Positions 27,333 through 37,400 of a stretch of DNA of 64,000 bases are shown one piece after another. The stretch is from NCBI GenBank assembly GCA_021806135.1, contig JAJZYB010000002.1, forward strand, positions 18,393-82,392, given 5' to 3'. The stretch's first letter is position 1. The number at the start of each line of letters is the position of its first letter. The notes beneath the pieces were generated by a model. It was not told where the DNA came from, did not search any database, and saw only the letters and a list, made by a program, of their open reading frames with translations. Both the position numbers and the translations under genes were made by a program. The DNA is from Thermoplasmata archaeon (GTDB lineage: Archaea > Thermoplasmatota > Thermoplasmata > Lutacidiplasmatales > UBA184).

Positions 27333-28091
27333 ATGGCGGACGGTACGGAGAGAATGGGGGCGTTCCCGCGGGTCCCTCCCCCGGTGGCCCAGCGGGAAGC
27401 TCCCGGCGGGGCGGAGCTGGGGCTCCCTTCCGGAGAAGGACCCGATCTCGCTGGGCTGGCGGACCGGGCCTTGGCGTTCCAAGCCTATATCCTGAGGAGG
27501 GCGTGGGGAGTGTACTACGCCGTCTGGGCCAGCGCGTTCCTCTTCTTCTTCGCATTCCCCGCCCTCGGCGGGGCCACCCTCCTCGGATTCTCCTGGTGGG
27601 GACCCGCCCTGTTCATTGGTGGCTATGCAGGGATCTCCCTGGGCGCGATGGTGGCCACGGGGCGGATCTTCGGGCGGGCCTACGGCTCCCTGAGGCTCTA
27701 CCGGGCCCGAGGGCTCTTCCCCGCCCGGACCGGCCCCTTGCTCCCAGCGCTCCTCCTCCTCACGGTGGTGGTGGGAGTGATCCTCCTCGCCTTCGCCGCC
27801 GGGGGAAACCTGGTAGGCTACATGGTGGAGGACATGGCCCTCGGGGCCATCCTCCTCTGGGTCTTCTTCTGCCTTCGTGGGTCGTTCCCCCGGATCCCTC
27901 CGGAAGGGTTCGTGGCCCTCGGGACCTTCGCCGGGAGCATCCTGCTCTCCGCTGGAGCGTTCTTCTGGACCCGCGATGCGGGGTACTTTGCCCTGGCCTG
28001 GGGGTTGGCCACGGGCGGGTGGTTCTTCAGCGCGCTCTACGCGCTGTACCACGCCCCCGAGGAGATGGCCGTTGAGCCTCACGACCGATGA
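27333..28091 (+). CDS. polytopic membrane protein, unknown function
   Basis: ATG at 27333 in ORF 27012..28091, with about six hydrophobic helices ('VYYAVWASAFLFFFAFPALGG', 'LLPALLLLTVVVGVILLAFAAG', and others). First gene of a four-gene cassette. Confidence 0.6.
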   Translation: MADGTERMGAFPRVPPPVAQREAPGGAELGLPSGEGPDLAGLADRALAFQAYILRRAWGVYYAVWASAFLFFFAFPALGGATLLGFSWWGPALFIGGYAGISLGAMVATGRIFGRAYGSLRLYRARGLFPARTGPLLPALLLLTVVVGVILLAFAAGGNLVGYMVEDMALGAILLWVFFCLRGSFPRIPPEGFVALGTFAGSILLSAGAFFWTRDAGYFALAWGLATGGWFFSALYALYHAPEEMAVEPHDR

Positions 28092-28113
28092 GGATCCCGC
28101 TGCTCCCGGGGGT

Positions 28114-28416
28114 TTGGGAGCCCTCGGAGACTATCTCCTCAAAGAACCCTTGAGGAACTCCATCCGGGTCCTGCTCCTCCTCTCTCTCGGGATGAACCAG
28201 GGGATGAGCTTCACGGACCTCCTCAAGCTGACCCAGGTCTCCAAGGGGAGCTTGGGCCATCATCTCGAGCAGCTCGAGCAGGCGCGCCTCGTCCGGAGCC
28301 GGATGGTCTTCACCCTGGCCGGCCCCCGTCTCCTGGTGGAGATCACAACGGAAGGGCGCCGGACCTACGAGGAGTTCCTGAGGCTCCTCGGGCAGCTCGG
28401 ACCGGGCTCCCGGTGA
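28114..28416 (+). CDS. small winged-helix (ArsR/MarR-like) transcriptional regulator
   Basis: 'IRVLLLLSLGMNQGMSFTDLLKLTQVSKGSLGHHLEQLEQARLVRSR...LVEITTEGRRTYEEF'. The start is uncertain; the first in-frame candidate after the upstream stop is TTG at 28114. Confidence 0.6.
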   Translation: MGALGDYLLKEPLRNSIRVLLLLSLGMNQGMSFTDLLKLTQVSKGSLGHHLEQLEQARLVRSRMVFTLAGPRLLVEITTEGRRTYEEFLRLLGQLGPGSR

Positions 28417-28461
28417 TCCCCGGGTCCAGCGGTTGGACTTTCTTCGGGGTATTTCCCTCCG

Positions 28462-29265
28462 GTGAGGTATCTCCCGGGCGTGCTGGAAGTGCAGGGCCTC
28501 TCCGTGGTCTATCCCGGTAGTCGTTCTCCGGCGCTGGTGGACGTGAGCGTCACCCTCCAGGATCAACGCATGGTGGTGGTCGGGTCGAACGGGAGCGGCA
28601 AGACCACGCTCCTTCGCGCTTGCCTCGGTCTCGCCCCGGTGACCCGGGGGCGGGTACGCCTCTTCGGCCGGGAGGTCCAGGACGCCCGGGGTCTTCTGCC
28701 GGTCTCCACCAATCTTTCGGAGGTCTACCGGCTTCTGAGCGTCCCCGTGGGAGATCTGATCCGCCTGCAGGCGAGGCTCAAAGGAGGGAACACCACCCAA
28801 GCGTCCCGATGGATCCGGGAGTTCGAGCTCGACCCGGTCCTCCGCCGGCCGCTCCACGAGATCTCCACGGGCCAAGCGAAGTTGGTATCGAACCTGCTCG
28901 CCCTCGATCATGATCCACGGTTGCTCCTCCTGGACGAACCGTTCGAGAACGTGGACCTGAGCCGGCGACGCAGGCTCGTGTCGCTCCTGCGCCAGGCCCG
29001 AGGGTGTGTCCTGCTCAACACCCACGAGTTCGAGCTCCTCCGCCACTTCGAGGATTGGCAACTGGGATTCCTCCTCGAAGGGAAGTTCCTGGGTCCCTAC
29101 TCGGTCTCCGATCTCGACCGGCTCTTCCTGAACCGGGGAGAGGTGCCGGAGTCGATCGGCCAGATCCGGACCACGCTCGGGACCTTCTCCATCACCCGGG
29201 ACCGGGGGGAAGCCCCTCTCAAGGGCGCCACCACGTTCCAGTCCCTGATGGAGCGGCTCTCATGA
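28462..29265 (+). CDS. ABC transporter ATP-binding protein
   Basis: Walker A 'GSNGSGKTTLL', signature-like 'ISTGQAKL', Walker B 'LLLLDEPF' and H-loop 'LLNTHE'. GTG start. Confidence 0.85.
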   Translation: MRYLPGVLEVQGLSVVYPGSRSPALVDVSVTLQDQRMVVVGSNGSGKTTLLRACLGLAPVTRGRVRLFGREVQDARGLLPVSTNLSEVYRLLSVPVGDLIRLQARLKGGNTTQASRWIREFELDPVLRRPLHEISTGQAKLVSNLLALDHDPRLLLLDEPFENVDLSRRRRLVSLLRQARGCVLLNTHEFELLRHFEDWQLGFLLEGKFLGPYSVSDLDRLFLNRGEVPESIGQIRTTLGTFSITRDRGEAPLKGATTFQSLMERLS

Positions 29266-30062
29266 ACGTGCTCCGGCCGTTCCTCAAGGCCATGCTCACC
29301 AACCGGTCGCTCTGGTTCTGGGGGGTAGCCTTCATGGTCTTCTGGCTGGTCCTGGGCGCCTTCATCTTTTCTTCGGGCCTGCCGTCAACAGCGATCCCCG
29401 CGTTCACCGCCAGTTGGTTCGCGGTGACCTCCCTTTTCTCCCTCAGCACCCTCGCCATCGGGATCTCCGCCTCGATCGCCTACGCCACCGCAGCGCTGGC
29501 CTACGGTTTCCGCTTTACCCTCCTGAAGCCACGGGATTACCTCTTCTCCCTCCTGGCCGGGACGGGGGTCCTGGGTCTCACGCTCACGGTGATCATGCTG
29601 GGCAGCACGGTGGGGGTCTTCGGGGCGCGCTTCCACCTCACCCTGCTGCCGGCGGACCCAGTCGCCCTGGTGGGCGCAGCCGTGCTCGCCGGAGCGTTCA
29701 TGATGGCCCTCTCGGTCACGTTGATGCTGCTGGTGGTGAACTTCCTGGGGCTCCGGAACACGAGCTTCGTGAGCTTCGTCCCGCTGCTGCTCTCCTACGT
29801 CTTCGGATTGGGGGAGGTGAACGTGGCCGTCCCTTCCTGGCTCCTCTATGGTTCCCCCTTCTCGGACATCTCCGCCCTCCTGTACCAAGGGTTCACCGGA
29901 GGGGCCCCTCCCGTCGAACTCGCGAGCGCCTCTTCCGGCACGCTGGGCTGGCCCTGGCTCTTGGCGTCGCTCCTCGCCTGGACCGGGCTCCTCCTGTTGG
30001 GGGCGGCGTACCTGCTCCGGCACATCCGGGTCCGCTCCATCGAGGAAGGTCGCCAGATGTAG
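29262..30062 (+). CDS. ABC-2-type permease-like membrane protein
   Basis: ATGA overlap with the ATPase gene. 266 aa with about six TM helices ('SLWFWGVAFMVFWLVLGAFIF', ...). Confidence 0.65.
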   Translation: MNVLRPFLKAMLTNRSLWFWGVAFMVFWLVLGAFIFSSGLPSTAIPAFTASWFAVTSLFSLSTLAIGISASIAYATAALAYGFRFTLLKPRDYLFSLLAGTGVLGLTLTVIMLGSTVGVFGARFHLTLLPADPVALVGAAVLAGAFMMALSVTLMLLVVNFLGLRNTSFVSFVPLLLSYVFGLGEVNVAVPSWLLYGSPFSDISALLYQGFTGGAPPVELASASSGTLGWPWLLASLLAWTGLLLLGAAYLLRHIRVRSIEEGRQM

Positions 30063-30095
30063 GGACCCGGGGGCTCTCCCGGGGCGCCTGCCTTC

Positions 30096-31679
30096 CTAGT
30101 TCCAGTCCACGGCCACGGTGACCATGGTCACGGAGAGCCCGGCGGCGAAGACCGGGGTCACCACGGTGTAGGTTCCCGCCGGATCCCCCAGGGAGCAGGC
30201 GTGGCAGACGTACGCCTGCCCCTGCCCGAAGAGGCCGGGCTCGCTGGCGAAGAAGTTCAACCAGGCCCCCGGGTACGGGGTGACGATACGGAAGAGGGCC
30301 GGGAAGGCCAGGTACTGCCCTCCTCCCGGCAGGACCGTGAAGCTCGAGACCCCCTGCAGCTTCAGGCTCACCCCCACCACGCCTCCCCCGCTCTGCGCGG
30401 AGAGCCCGGAGACCAGCGGTTGGATCAGCGTGAGGTTCAGCAGCGGGCCGAGCGTGGAGGGGGTGATGCTGAACCGGGGAGGGGCGACCATCACCGAACT
30501 GTTGCCCGGGCCTCCCGCGATCACCGCCCCTTCCTCGAAGGTCACGGTGAGGGCCGGGAAGTAGCGGTTGTACAGGTGGGCCGCGAAGCCCCCCACCGCC
30601 GTCTGGTTGACCGAACGGGTCGTGGCCGTGGTGAACGGGCAGGCGTCGAAGGCGGAGGCGTTCTGGAAGGTGAGGGCGTTCCCCGCGTACCCGTCGAGGG
30701 AGGTGGTCTTCAAATGGGAGTTCACCACCCCCTGGGAGTTCTCCCAGCGGACCGTGGCGTTCACCCCGGTCTCTCCCGGGGTGACGGGGGTGATCCCGCG
30801 GAATTGGGTCACCGGGTAGGCGTTCCCGGCGGGGCAGAAGTTCCCCTGGGCCAGGGAGAAGGTCGTGCCCAGGGAAACCTCCGTCTGGGGGGACGGCGGG
30901 GTGGTCTCGCTGGTGGTGACGTTGGCGGAGAAGCTGTTCGCCGGTCCGACGAGGCGGCTCGTCACGGCCACGTTGTCGGCGGGCCCGACCCCGTTCCCGA
31001 GGAACAATACGGTGACCTGGTCGTGGGTCCCGACCACTTGGAGATCGACCGCCCCGGGCTGGTCGAACTTCAGGGTGAGGGTCAGGTTGTCGTAGTTCCC
31101 CGTGAGGTTGTAGTCAAGCTGGCAGAAGACCAAGGACGCACAATCCTCGTAGGTGGGGGTGAGCGTGGCGTTGCTCACGCTGGCATTGTACACCGTGAAG
31201 GCCCCTCTCCCCGTACAGTTCCCGCTACCGGTCCCGAAGCAGGCCGATCCACTGTTCCATCCGACGGCTGCGGGGGCCACCGTGGTGCCGTTGTACGTCA
31301 GGTTGAACCGGCTGTCCGGCGCCGGGAGCCCGTAGAGGTCCGTGGAGGCGGGCAACCCCAGGGGAGGTACCCCCTGGCTGGCCATCTGGACGGGGGCGGT
31401 CACTGTCACGGGGAGCGAGGGGTTGGCGGCCTCCGCGAGGATGTCCGCCTGGACCTGGGAGATCTCGTTCTCCACCTGGAGGGTGTGCTGGTACTCGGCG
31501 GTCTGCAGCTGCTGGGGGAGCACGTTCGCCGTGTACTCTCCGATCATGAGGGCCAGGATGAGGAGAGTGAGGGTGACCGCGATGGCGCTCGCCACCCCGC
31601 GGCGGCCGCCGACGAGCCGGCGCCGGCGCGAGGGGGACCTCAGGGCAGGAAGGACTCGGGGGGACAAAGGAGGCAACAC
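30096..31679 (-). CDS. large surface glycoprotein with archaeal type IV pilin-like (class III) signal peptide
   Basis: '...RRRRLVGGRRG|VASAIAVTLTLLILALMIGEY' is a basic stretch, Gly, then a hydrophobic helix. 13 N-x-S/T sequons by hand count. The start is placed at the in-frame GTG at 31679, just downstream of the TATA at 31708-31713. The maximal ORF runs to 31796. Confidence 0.6.
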   Translation of the reverse strand: MLPPLSPRVLPALRSPSRRRRLVGGRRGVASAIAVTLTLLILALMIGEYTANVLPQQLQTAEYQHTLQVENEISQVQADILAEAANPSLPVTVTAPVQMASQGVPPLGLPASTDLYGLPAPDSRFNLTYNGTTVAPAAVGWNSGSACFGTGSGNCTGRGAFTVYNASVSNATLTPTYEDCASLVFCQLDYNLTGNYDNLTLTLKFDQPGAVDLQVVGTHDQVTVLFLGNGVGPADNVAVTSRLVGPANSFSANVTTSETTPPSPQTEVSLGTTFSLAQGNFCPAGNAYPVTQFRGITPVTPGETGVNATVRWENSQGVVNSHLKTTSLDGYAGNALTFQNASAFDACPFTTATTRSVNQTAVGGFAAHLYNRYFPALTVTFEEGAVIAGGPGNSSVMVAPPRFSITPSTLGPLLNLTLIQPLVSGLSAQSGGGVVGVSLKLQGVSSFTVLPGGGQYLAFPALFRIVTPYPGAWLNFFASEPGLFGQGQAYVCHACSLGDPAGTYTVVTPVFAAGLSVTMVTVAVDWN

Positions 31680-31690
31680 CCCAGAACCAC

Positions 31691-32029
31691 TCAAGGGGAC
31701 CGGTCGGTATATAGTCCTGACGCGGGACGCGTCCTCCCCCGTCCCCGGTCGAACGAGAAGTCGAGCCATTCCTTCCCTTTCTTGAGCGTCCCCCACGTCC
31801 GCACCGTCCGGACCGATGGGAGCGCGCCCCCCCGGGGGAGTTCCTCGGAGAGACGGTTCAGCCGCCGTCGGGCCTCGGAGACCTCTCCCTGGGGGAGCGC
31901 CAGGAGGACCCGGCGACCCCGGACCCGGATGATGCGCGGGGGAGGCCCCGGAGTGGGGCCGGAGAGGAGGCTTCCGAGCAACCGGCCCACCTCGCGGGGC
32001 GGGAGGGGGGGAGCGTCCAAGAGCTCCAC
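31691..32029 (-). CDS. RNase P protein component 2 (Pop5)-like protein; true start probably upstream of 32029
   Basis: '...RIIRVRGRRVLLALPQGEVSEARRRLNRL...VRTVRTWGTLKKGKEWL' resembles archaeal Pop5 ('GIIRC...V..V...L...L.VSGTIKK'). The conserved 'RPRYLGVEL' N-terminal strand is encoded in frame immediately upstream of the GTG. Confidence 0.45.
   Translation of the reverse strand: MELLDAPPLPPREVGRLLGSLLSGPTPGPPPRIIRVRGRRVLLALPQGEVSEARRRLNRLSEELPRGGALPSVRTVRTWGTLKKGKEWLDFSFDRGRGRTRPASGLYTDRSP
31706..31715 (-). promoter_or_regulatory. TATA box for the pilin-like gene
   Basis: 'ggtatatagt' (palindromic TATATA core), centred ~30 nt upstream of the GTG at 31679. It lies inside the 3' end of the Pop5-like ORF. 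Confidence 0.4.
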
Positions 32030-32057
32030 CCCCAGGTACCGGGGGCGGAAGGGGCGA

Positions 32058-33185
32058 TCAGCTGACCTGGTCGATGCCCCCCGAGGTTTCGCCGGTGGCG
32101 TAGCCGCCTCCCCGGGAACCGAGGAGGCTCGCGGCCTTCACCCCGGTGATGATGAGGAGCACCTTGATGGTGTTCTCCATCTCGGGGGAAGGGTCCACCG
32201 TGCACCCCCAGATGATCCGGGCGCGCTTGGAGATCTTGCTGCCCACGAGGGCGGCCGCCTTCTCCGCCTCGGAGACCGTCATGCTGGGACCGCCCACCAC
32301 CCGGACCAGGGCCCCGGTGGCATCCTTCATGTCCACGTCGCCCAGGAGCGGGGAGGTGAGGGCCTCCGTGACCGCTTCGGTGACCCGGTCGGTGGCGGAC
32401 TCGCTCTCCCCCAGCCCGATGAGGGCCACGCCCCCATCCTTCATGATTGTCAAGAGGTCGGCGTAGTCCAGGTTCACCAGCCCCGGCTTCGTCACGATCT
32501 CGGTGATCCCCTTGATCGCCGTCATGAGGACGGCGTCGGCGAGCTTGAACGCGGCGTCCAGGGGCATCCGGGGAACGAGCTCCAAGAGCTTGTCGTTCTG
32601 GATCACGATGGTGGTGTCGCAGACCCGGCGGAGCCGCTCCAGCCCGTCCCGGGCCTGCTCCATCCGGACCGCTCCTTCCGCGGCGAAGGGCAGGGTGACC
32701 ACACCCATGGTCAGCGCCCCGGCCTCCTTCGAGACCCGGCCCACCACGTGCGCCGATCCCGTGCCGGTCCCGCCGCCCATCCCCGCCGTGACGAAGACGA
32801 TATGCGCCCCCTGCACGAAGCCGCGCAGGTCCTCCTCGTTCTCCCGGGCCGCTTCCTCGCCCACCTCGGGGCGGGCGCCCGCGCCCAGGCCCTTGGTGGC
32901 CCGGCGGCCGATCAGCACCTTCCGGGGAGCGTGGATGGTGAGCAGGTGCTTCGCATCCGTGTTGATGGCGCACATCTCGGCCCCCGAGATGCCTTCCTCC
33001 ACGCACCGGTTGATGGTGTTGGATCCCCCGCCACCGCATCCGACGATCCGGATGTTCACCTTCAGCTGCTCTGCGAGCTTGGTCAACTCCTCGTCGTCGG
33101 CGCTGATCTGCGGGGAGACCTTCTTGGCCTCCAACGCTTGGTTCTCTTGGTGCTTCGAGATGGCTTCCTGGATAATGGACTTCAT
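32058..33185 (-). CDS. ftsZ: cell division GTPase FtsZ
   Basis: 'IRIVGCGGGGSNTINR', 'AINTDAKHL', the tubulin signature 'TAGMGGGTGTGSAHVV' and 'NLDYADLLTIM'. Confidence 0.95.
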   Translation of the reverse strand: MKSIIQEAISKHQENQALEAKKVSPQISADDEELTKLAEQLKVNIRIVGCGGGGSNTINRCVEEGISGAEMCAINTDAKHLLTIHAPRKVLIGRRATKGLGAGARPEVGEEAARENEEDLRGFVQGAHIVFVTAGMGGGTGTGSAHVVGRVSKEAGALTMGVVTLPFAAEGAVRMEQARDGLERLRRVCDTTIVIQNDKLLELVPRMPLDAAFKLADAVLMTAIKGITEIVTKPGLVNLDYADLLTIMKDGGVALIGLGESESATDRVTEAVTEALTSPLLGDVDMKDATGALVRVVGGPSMTVSEAEKAAALVGSKISKRARIIWGCTVDPSPEMENTIKVLLIITGVKAASLLGSRGGGYATGETSGGIDQVS

Positions 33186-33270
33186 GCTTATCGCCCCGTA
33201 CTCCTCGGTCCGTTTGTCTGCTGAGCGTCAGACGCTCAGCGATGTCATCCTATCACTTGGTATTTAAAAG

Positions 33271-34329
33271 CTACGTTCCAACCGGAGGGTCTCTATCGGT
33301 ACCGATCCCTCCGCTGGTGGGGGATGGAACGTCCGACAAGGGTCCGGTCCCTGCCCGTCGCCCCCGCCGGCCACCCTCCGACCGACCCATGAACAGGAGA
33401 ACGCCACCGGCGACCAGGAGCGGGATCCCCGTGGCACCGAAGCTCACCGCCACCGCGGCCAATCCCACCCCCCAAGCAGGGACCGTGGCCAGCGTCCAGT
33501 TCACCTCCGCCGTGGCCGGTGTTCCCCCCGTCCCGTTCGGGAAGGTCACCCAGAGCTGGTAGTCTCCCGGATGGTCCTGGACGGAGACGTAGAAGGCCTG
33601 GGGGTCGGAGAGGCTCCCCACAGGGGCGCTCCCCAGGCTCGCATTCTCCGGGGAGACGAATTCGGCCTGGAGGCCGAGCGTAGGTGCCGGGGTGGCGACC
33701 AGGGCATACACCTCCTCCCCCGGGGCCACCGAGATGGCCTCCCGCAGGGTCTCTCCCCGGGTGAGGGGAGCGGACTCTGACAAGGAGAGATGGGCCAAGG
33801 GCTGCACCGGCGGGAGTGCCGCATAGACGAAGTAGAGGACCACGGCGAGGAAGAGCACGGTGGCTCCCAGGAACAGGCTCTGGCGACCCCAACGGCGTGC
33901 CCGTTGCCTTCGGGCCGCGCTTCCCTCCAACGGGGGGTGGCCCCCGGCACCGAAGACCACCAACGGCAGGATGGCGGGGAGAAGGACCACCGTGGTGCTC
34001 GGACCCAGGGCTCCGCCGACCAGGAGGCTCCCCACCGCCGCGGCGGAGGCGAAGAGGAGGAGGGATCCCCATCGCCCGAAGGTACGGCGGGGCGCGAAGA
34101 CGAGGAGGGCCAGAGGAGGAAGGAGCAGCAGCCCAGAGACCAGGGCGAGCCCCCCGGCGACCGGGAGAGCGTGCGGAAGGGGAAGCAGGGCGGCGGCCGA
34201 TCCCAGGGCCGCGACCACCGAGATGAGCAGGCTCACCAGGAGGGCCGCCCGCCGGGTCTGGCGGACGAGCGGAGGCTCCCCTCCTTCCCCCGAGAGCGAT
34301 CCCTTGGGGTCCGGCCCTGCCTGCGTCAC
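33271..34329 (-). CDS. membrane protein, unknown function
   Basis: 352 aa with about five N-terminal TM helices, a ~110-aa extracytoplasmic beta-like domain ('EVYALVATPAPTLGLQAEFVSPEN...YQLWVTFPNGTGG'), a further TM and an Arg-rich tail. Confidence 0.6.
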   Translation of the reverse strand: MTQAGPDPKGSLSGEGGEPPLVRQTRRAALLVSLLISVVAALGSAAALLPLPHALPVAGGLALVSGLLLLPPLALLVFAPRRTFGRWGSLLLFASAAAVGSLLVGGALGPSTTVVLLPAILPLVVFGAGGHPPLEGSAARRQRARRWGRQSLFLGATVLFLAVVLYFVYAALPPVQPLAHLSLSESAPLTRGETLREAISVAPGEEVYALVATPAPTLGLQAEFVSPENASLGSAPVGSLSDPQAFYVSVQDHPGDYQLWVTFPNGTGGTPATAEVNWTLATVPAWGVGLAAVAVSFGATGIPLLVAGGVLLFMGRSEGGRRGRRAGTGPLSDVPSPTSGGIGTDRDPPVGT

Positions 34330-34433
34330 AGCGGTCCTCCGGCCCAGGGTACCCCAGGCTGTTATCGCTTGCCTCTTGACCGACCCGCCCGCCGGGCCGG
34401 ACGGCTTATCTGACCGCCCAACCCTTCCCCACC

Positions 34434-37400
34434 GTGGAGGAGTACTTTTCGCTCCTCAAGGGCGAGGTGGCCCGGGCCTACTCGGTCGCGGAGGAGGCCC
34501 GCTCGCTCGGGCTCGACCCCAGCCTCCACGTGGAGATCCCCCAGGCCGAGGACCTCGCGAGCCGGGTGGAGAAGCTGCTCCTCACCCGCTGGCCCGTGGA
34601 AGGGATCGCCCCCCGGATCCGGGCCCTCTCCAAGGAGATGGGGCGGGAGGAGGTGGCGCTCACCCTCACCCAGGAGATCGCCCGTGACCCTGAGCGGGGC
34701 ACCCTTTCCGAGCGGCTGGAGATCGCACTGCGGGTGGGGCTCGCCGTCCTCACGGAGGGGATCTTAGTCGCCCCGCTGGAGGGCCTCGCCAAGGTGGAGC
34801 TCCGCTCCCCCGCCGAGGGGGGATACGTGGACCTCTACTACGCCGGTCCGATCCGGGCCGCCGGCGGGACCGCCCAGGCGCTCTCCGTGCTCATGGCCGA
34901 TGTGGTCCGTCGGGAGCTGGGGATACCGGCGTACACCCCCACCCCGGCCGAGGTGGAACGCTACTGCGAGGAGATCCCCCTCTACAAGCACTGCCAGCAC
35001 CTCCAGTACGTGCCGTCCAAGGAGGAGATCCGCGCGGTGGTCACCCGGCTGCCGGTCTGTGTGAACGGGGAATCCACGGAGGGGGACGTGGAGGTGAGCG
35101 CCTACCGCAACCTCCCCCGGGTGGAGACGAACGGCCTGAGGGGCGGGGCCTGCCTTGTCCTGGCGGAAGGGATCTGCCAAAAGGCCCCCAAGCTCCGCAA
35201 GGCGGTGGAGCGGCTGGGGCTCACGGGATGGGACTTCCTGGCCGACCTGGGGAAAGGGAAGGCGACGGATCCCGGGGCGGAGGAGGAAGGTCCCCGGTAC
35301 CTGGCCGAGGCGGTCGGAGGCCGCCCCGTGCTCGCCCACCCCCACCGCCCGGGAGGCTTCCGCCTGGTGTACGGACGGTGCCGGACCACGGGCCTTGCCG
35401 CCGCCGGCGTGAACCCTGCCACCATGGTCCTGCTCCGGCACTTCGTGGCCGTGGGGACCCAGGTGAAGACGGAACTGCCGGGGAAGGCGGCTGCGATGGC
35501 CCTGTGCGACACGGTGGAGGGCCCGTTGGTGGTCCTGGACGACGGCTCTTTCGTGGCGGTGAACGACCGGCCGACCGCCGAGGAGCTCCTGCCCCGGGTC
35601 CGCCGGCTGGTGGACGTGGGAGAGATCCTGGTCTCCTTCGGGGAGTTCCTGGAGAACAACAAACCCCTCTCCCCCGGCGCTTACAGCCTGGCCTGGCACC
35701 TGGAGGAGTGCCGGGCCCGGGGGCTCGCCCCCGGCCCCCGGACCCTGGCCCCCACCTTCGAGGAGGCCGTGGAGGACTCCCGGCGCTATGGGGTTCCCTT
35801 GCACCCCAGCTTCAACCTCTTCTGGCATGACCTCAACGGAGAGGAGGTCTCCTCCCTGGCGGACCGGGTCCGGGAGGAGGGGCGATGGGAGGACGGGCTC
35901 TCCCTTCCCGCCGATCCGGCACTGAAGGAACGGCTCCTGGTCCTGGGCGCCTTGCATTCGGAGGGGGCGGGGCGTCTGCTCCTCCCCCCGGCAACGGCAT
36001 CCGCGCTCCTCCTGGGCCTCGGGCTGGAACGGGGGGACGGCCGCCTCGTGGGCCGGGCCCCTCCCGGACCCGTGGAGACGGACGGGCTCAAGGAGGCCTG
36101 CCGGCGGTCCGGGCTCTCCCTGAAGGCCAGGGCCCCGACCCGGATCGGGGCCCGGGTGGGCCGGCCGGAGAAGGCCAACCGACGCGCGCTCAAACCGAAC
36201 GTTCACGCCCTCTTCCCGGTGGGGGAGGCGGGGGGGCCCCAGCGATCCCTTCGACTCGCTGCCCGGCCGGAAGCGCCGGGCGAAGCGACCGTCTCCTCCC
36301 CGGTGAGGACCTCGGTGACCCTGGGCGTGCGGCGCTGCGAAAGCTGCGGCCGGGAGACGGCGGGGAACCGCTGCCCGTGCGGAGGACACACCGGGCCGAC
36401 CCCCCGGACGATCCAGCAACGGCTCCCGTACGCCGAACTGCTTGACCAGGCGCTCCGGCACCTGGGTCTCCAGCAGCTCTCCCAGGACGTGAAGGGTGTC
36501 AAGGGGCTGGTCTCGGAGACGAGGACCCCGGAGCCACTGGAGAAGGGGATCCTCCGGGCCCTCCATCAGGTCTCCGTCTACCAGGACGGCACCGCCCGGT
36601 TCGACATGACGGACCTTCCCTTGACGCATTTCCGGCCCCGGGAAGCGGGGCTGACCGTCGCCGAGGCCCACCGCCTCGGATACGGGACGGATTGGCGCGG
36701 TCACCCGTTGACCGATGCCGAACAGCTCGTCGAGCTCTTCCCGCACGACCTCATCCTCTCCCGGCGGGCGGGAGAGTACCTGCTCTCCCTCGCCCGGTTC
36801 GTGGACGATGAGCTGACGCTCCTTTACGGGGGAAGACCCTACTACGGGGCGCACCGGATGGAGGACCTCCTCGGATCGCTGCTCATCGCCCTCGCCCCGC
36901 ACACTTCCGGCGGGGTGCTGGGCCGGCTGGTGGGCTTCACCGATGCCGAGGCCTGCCTGGCTCACCCCGTCTTCCATGCGGCCAAGCGCCGGAACTGCGA
37001 CGGGGACGAGGATTCCGTCACCCTCCTCATGGACGGCCTGCTGAACTTCTCCCATGCGTACCTCCCCGTCCGGCGGGGAGCCCTCATGGACAAGCCCCTC
37101 GTGCTCACCACCCGGCTGGACACCCGGGAGGTGGACAAGGAGGCGCACAACCTCGACGTGGCGCTCCGGTACCCCCGGGAGCTCTACCTGGCGGCGGAGG
37201 AACACCGCTCCCCCAAGGAGGTGGAGGCCTTGGTGGACACCCTCGGGAAGCGGCTGGAGGACCCCGAACGGCAGTGCCGCGGCCTCGGCTTCACCCAGGA
37301 CACGTGGGACGTGGCCGGAGGCCCGCTCCAATCGGCGTACCGGGAGGCGCAGGGAATGGAGCGAGCGGTGGAGTCCACGCTGGAGCTGGCCGCCCAGATC

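Noticed and set aside
28078-28116. The membrane protein (27333..28091) and the wHTH (from 28114) as one membrane-tethered regulator split by a frameshift.
   Set aside because: This is possible in principle, since the frames are adjacent and the wHTH has no ATG. However, no homopolymer or conserved sequence bridges the junction, so there is no positive evidence. The two are kept as separate genes.
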